Source: Catajapyx aquilonaris
Taxonomy: Eukaryota
Assembly (NCBI GenBank): GCA_000934665.2
Contig: KZ538407.1
Location: forward strand, 1 to 64,000
DNA length: 64,000 nucleotides
Direction: 5' to 3'
Part shown: positions 63,192 through 64,000 of the stretch, one piece after another
How the letters are laid out: each line of letters begins with the position of its first letter
Position numbering within the stretch: the first letter of the stretch is position 1
Program-made: the position numbers and the translations under genes
The notes under the pieces: model-generated
Seen by the model: only the letters and a program-made list of their open reading frames with translations
Told to the model about the DNA's origin: nothing
Database searches by the model: none

Positions 63192-64000
63192 GGACTCCGG
63201 AGCATACAACTGTACTATAGGTTAACTCCACTATATGGATCACAAACCCGTTTTATAGAAACGGCCCGGAATTGCGATTTAATATTGAAATCTCGTCCCA
63301 AAGAAAATTGCATCGTTTTGGAGCAGTTGGCGTCTGATGTTTGTCCGACCTGATAGTACAGCTATCTCTCGCATGGTGGCAGAGATGCGCCATCTATGAG
63401 TTAAGAATAGTACTATAAGTGGGTATAAATCGGTCTCATTAAAGTTGTTTGATTGTCACAAACGTGGCATCGAGTTCGCTAGTTATCTTTAATCTGGTGA
63501 TGGCGATAATCGGCAATTAGCTGGACTAGACGCGTAACCGAAGTTATCGGTGCTAATCCGGCTTGGCCCAGTTTAGTGCAAAGTTAGGCGTAGATCTGAT
63601 TACCTGCTGGTCTTGGCCCCGGGTATATATAGTGAAGACGGAATAGTTTCTGGCTGCCCCTTGGCCCGGAGTTTACCCACCTCCTCCAACCCTCCCCGGG
63701 CTCTGTAATGAAGACGAAGTGTATCCATGGCCGAGTTGACAGTCTACTTACCCCCTTTGATTCCTGGAGGGACGACAACACTGCGGTCTCGGGGACCCCT
63801 GTGCTGGGCTTTGACTGCTCATCCAGACCCCGTGTTGCTGGCTGCTCCTTTGCATATACACCTTCCACCTTCCAAAGAAATTCGCAGCTTCCTTTTCGGC
63901 CCGACCACTTTAGACACTTTCTCATCAGATAGGATTCAAAGGAATGCAGTTCGACGCGAGCAGGGCAGTCAAATGGGTTATGCCACTGTTGACATATTGT

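Noticed and set aside
63009..63353. Intact or domesticated integrase gene
   Set aside because: Only ~50 codons resemble integrase; the two catalytic Asp residues and a proper start are missing.

Overview
Eukaryotic genomic DNA, probably arthropod (short TTAGG-type tract, arthropod-style stathmin and junctophilin, mostly 50-75 nt introns, GC3-rich exons, many MITEs). Recognisable genes: part of stathmin (-), a complete 7-exon junctophilin (+), a complete axonemal inner-arm dynein heavy chain most like DNAH7 (-) and NDUFA12 (+). Between DNAH7 and NDUFA12 lie three tandem spliced genes (37.5-47.2 kb) that the ORF track shows only as fragments. Spliced by hand, they encode highly divergent RagC/D (Gtr2)-like proteins. 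The P-loop and a C-terminal roadblock-like region are kept, but G3, the catalytic Gln and G4 are replaced, so they look like a lineage-specific family of Rag pseudo-GTPases. The first copy is head-to-head with DNAH7 across a motif-dense shared promoter. Two copies carry a candidate in-frame cassette exon that folds into a hairpin. The rest is MITEs (some nested), minisatellites, a tRNA-derived SINE and a retroelement integrase fragment. All homology calls are from reading and recall, not database searches.
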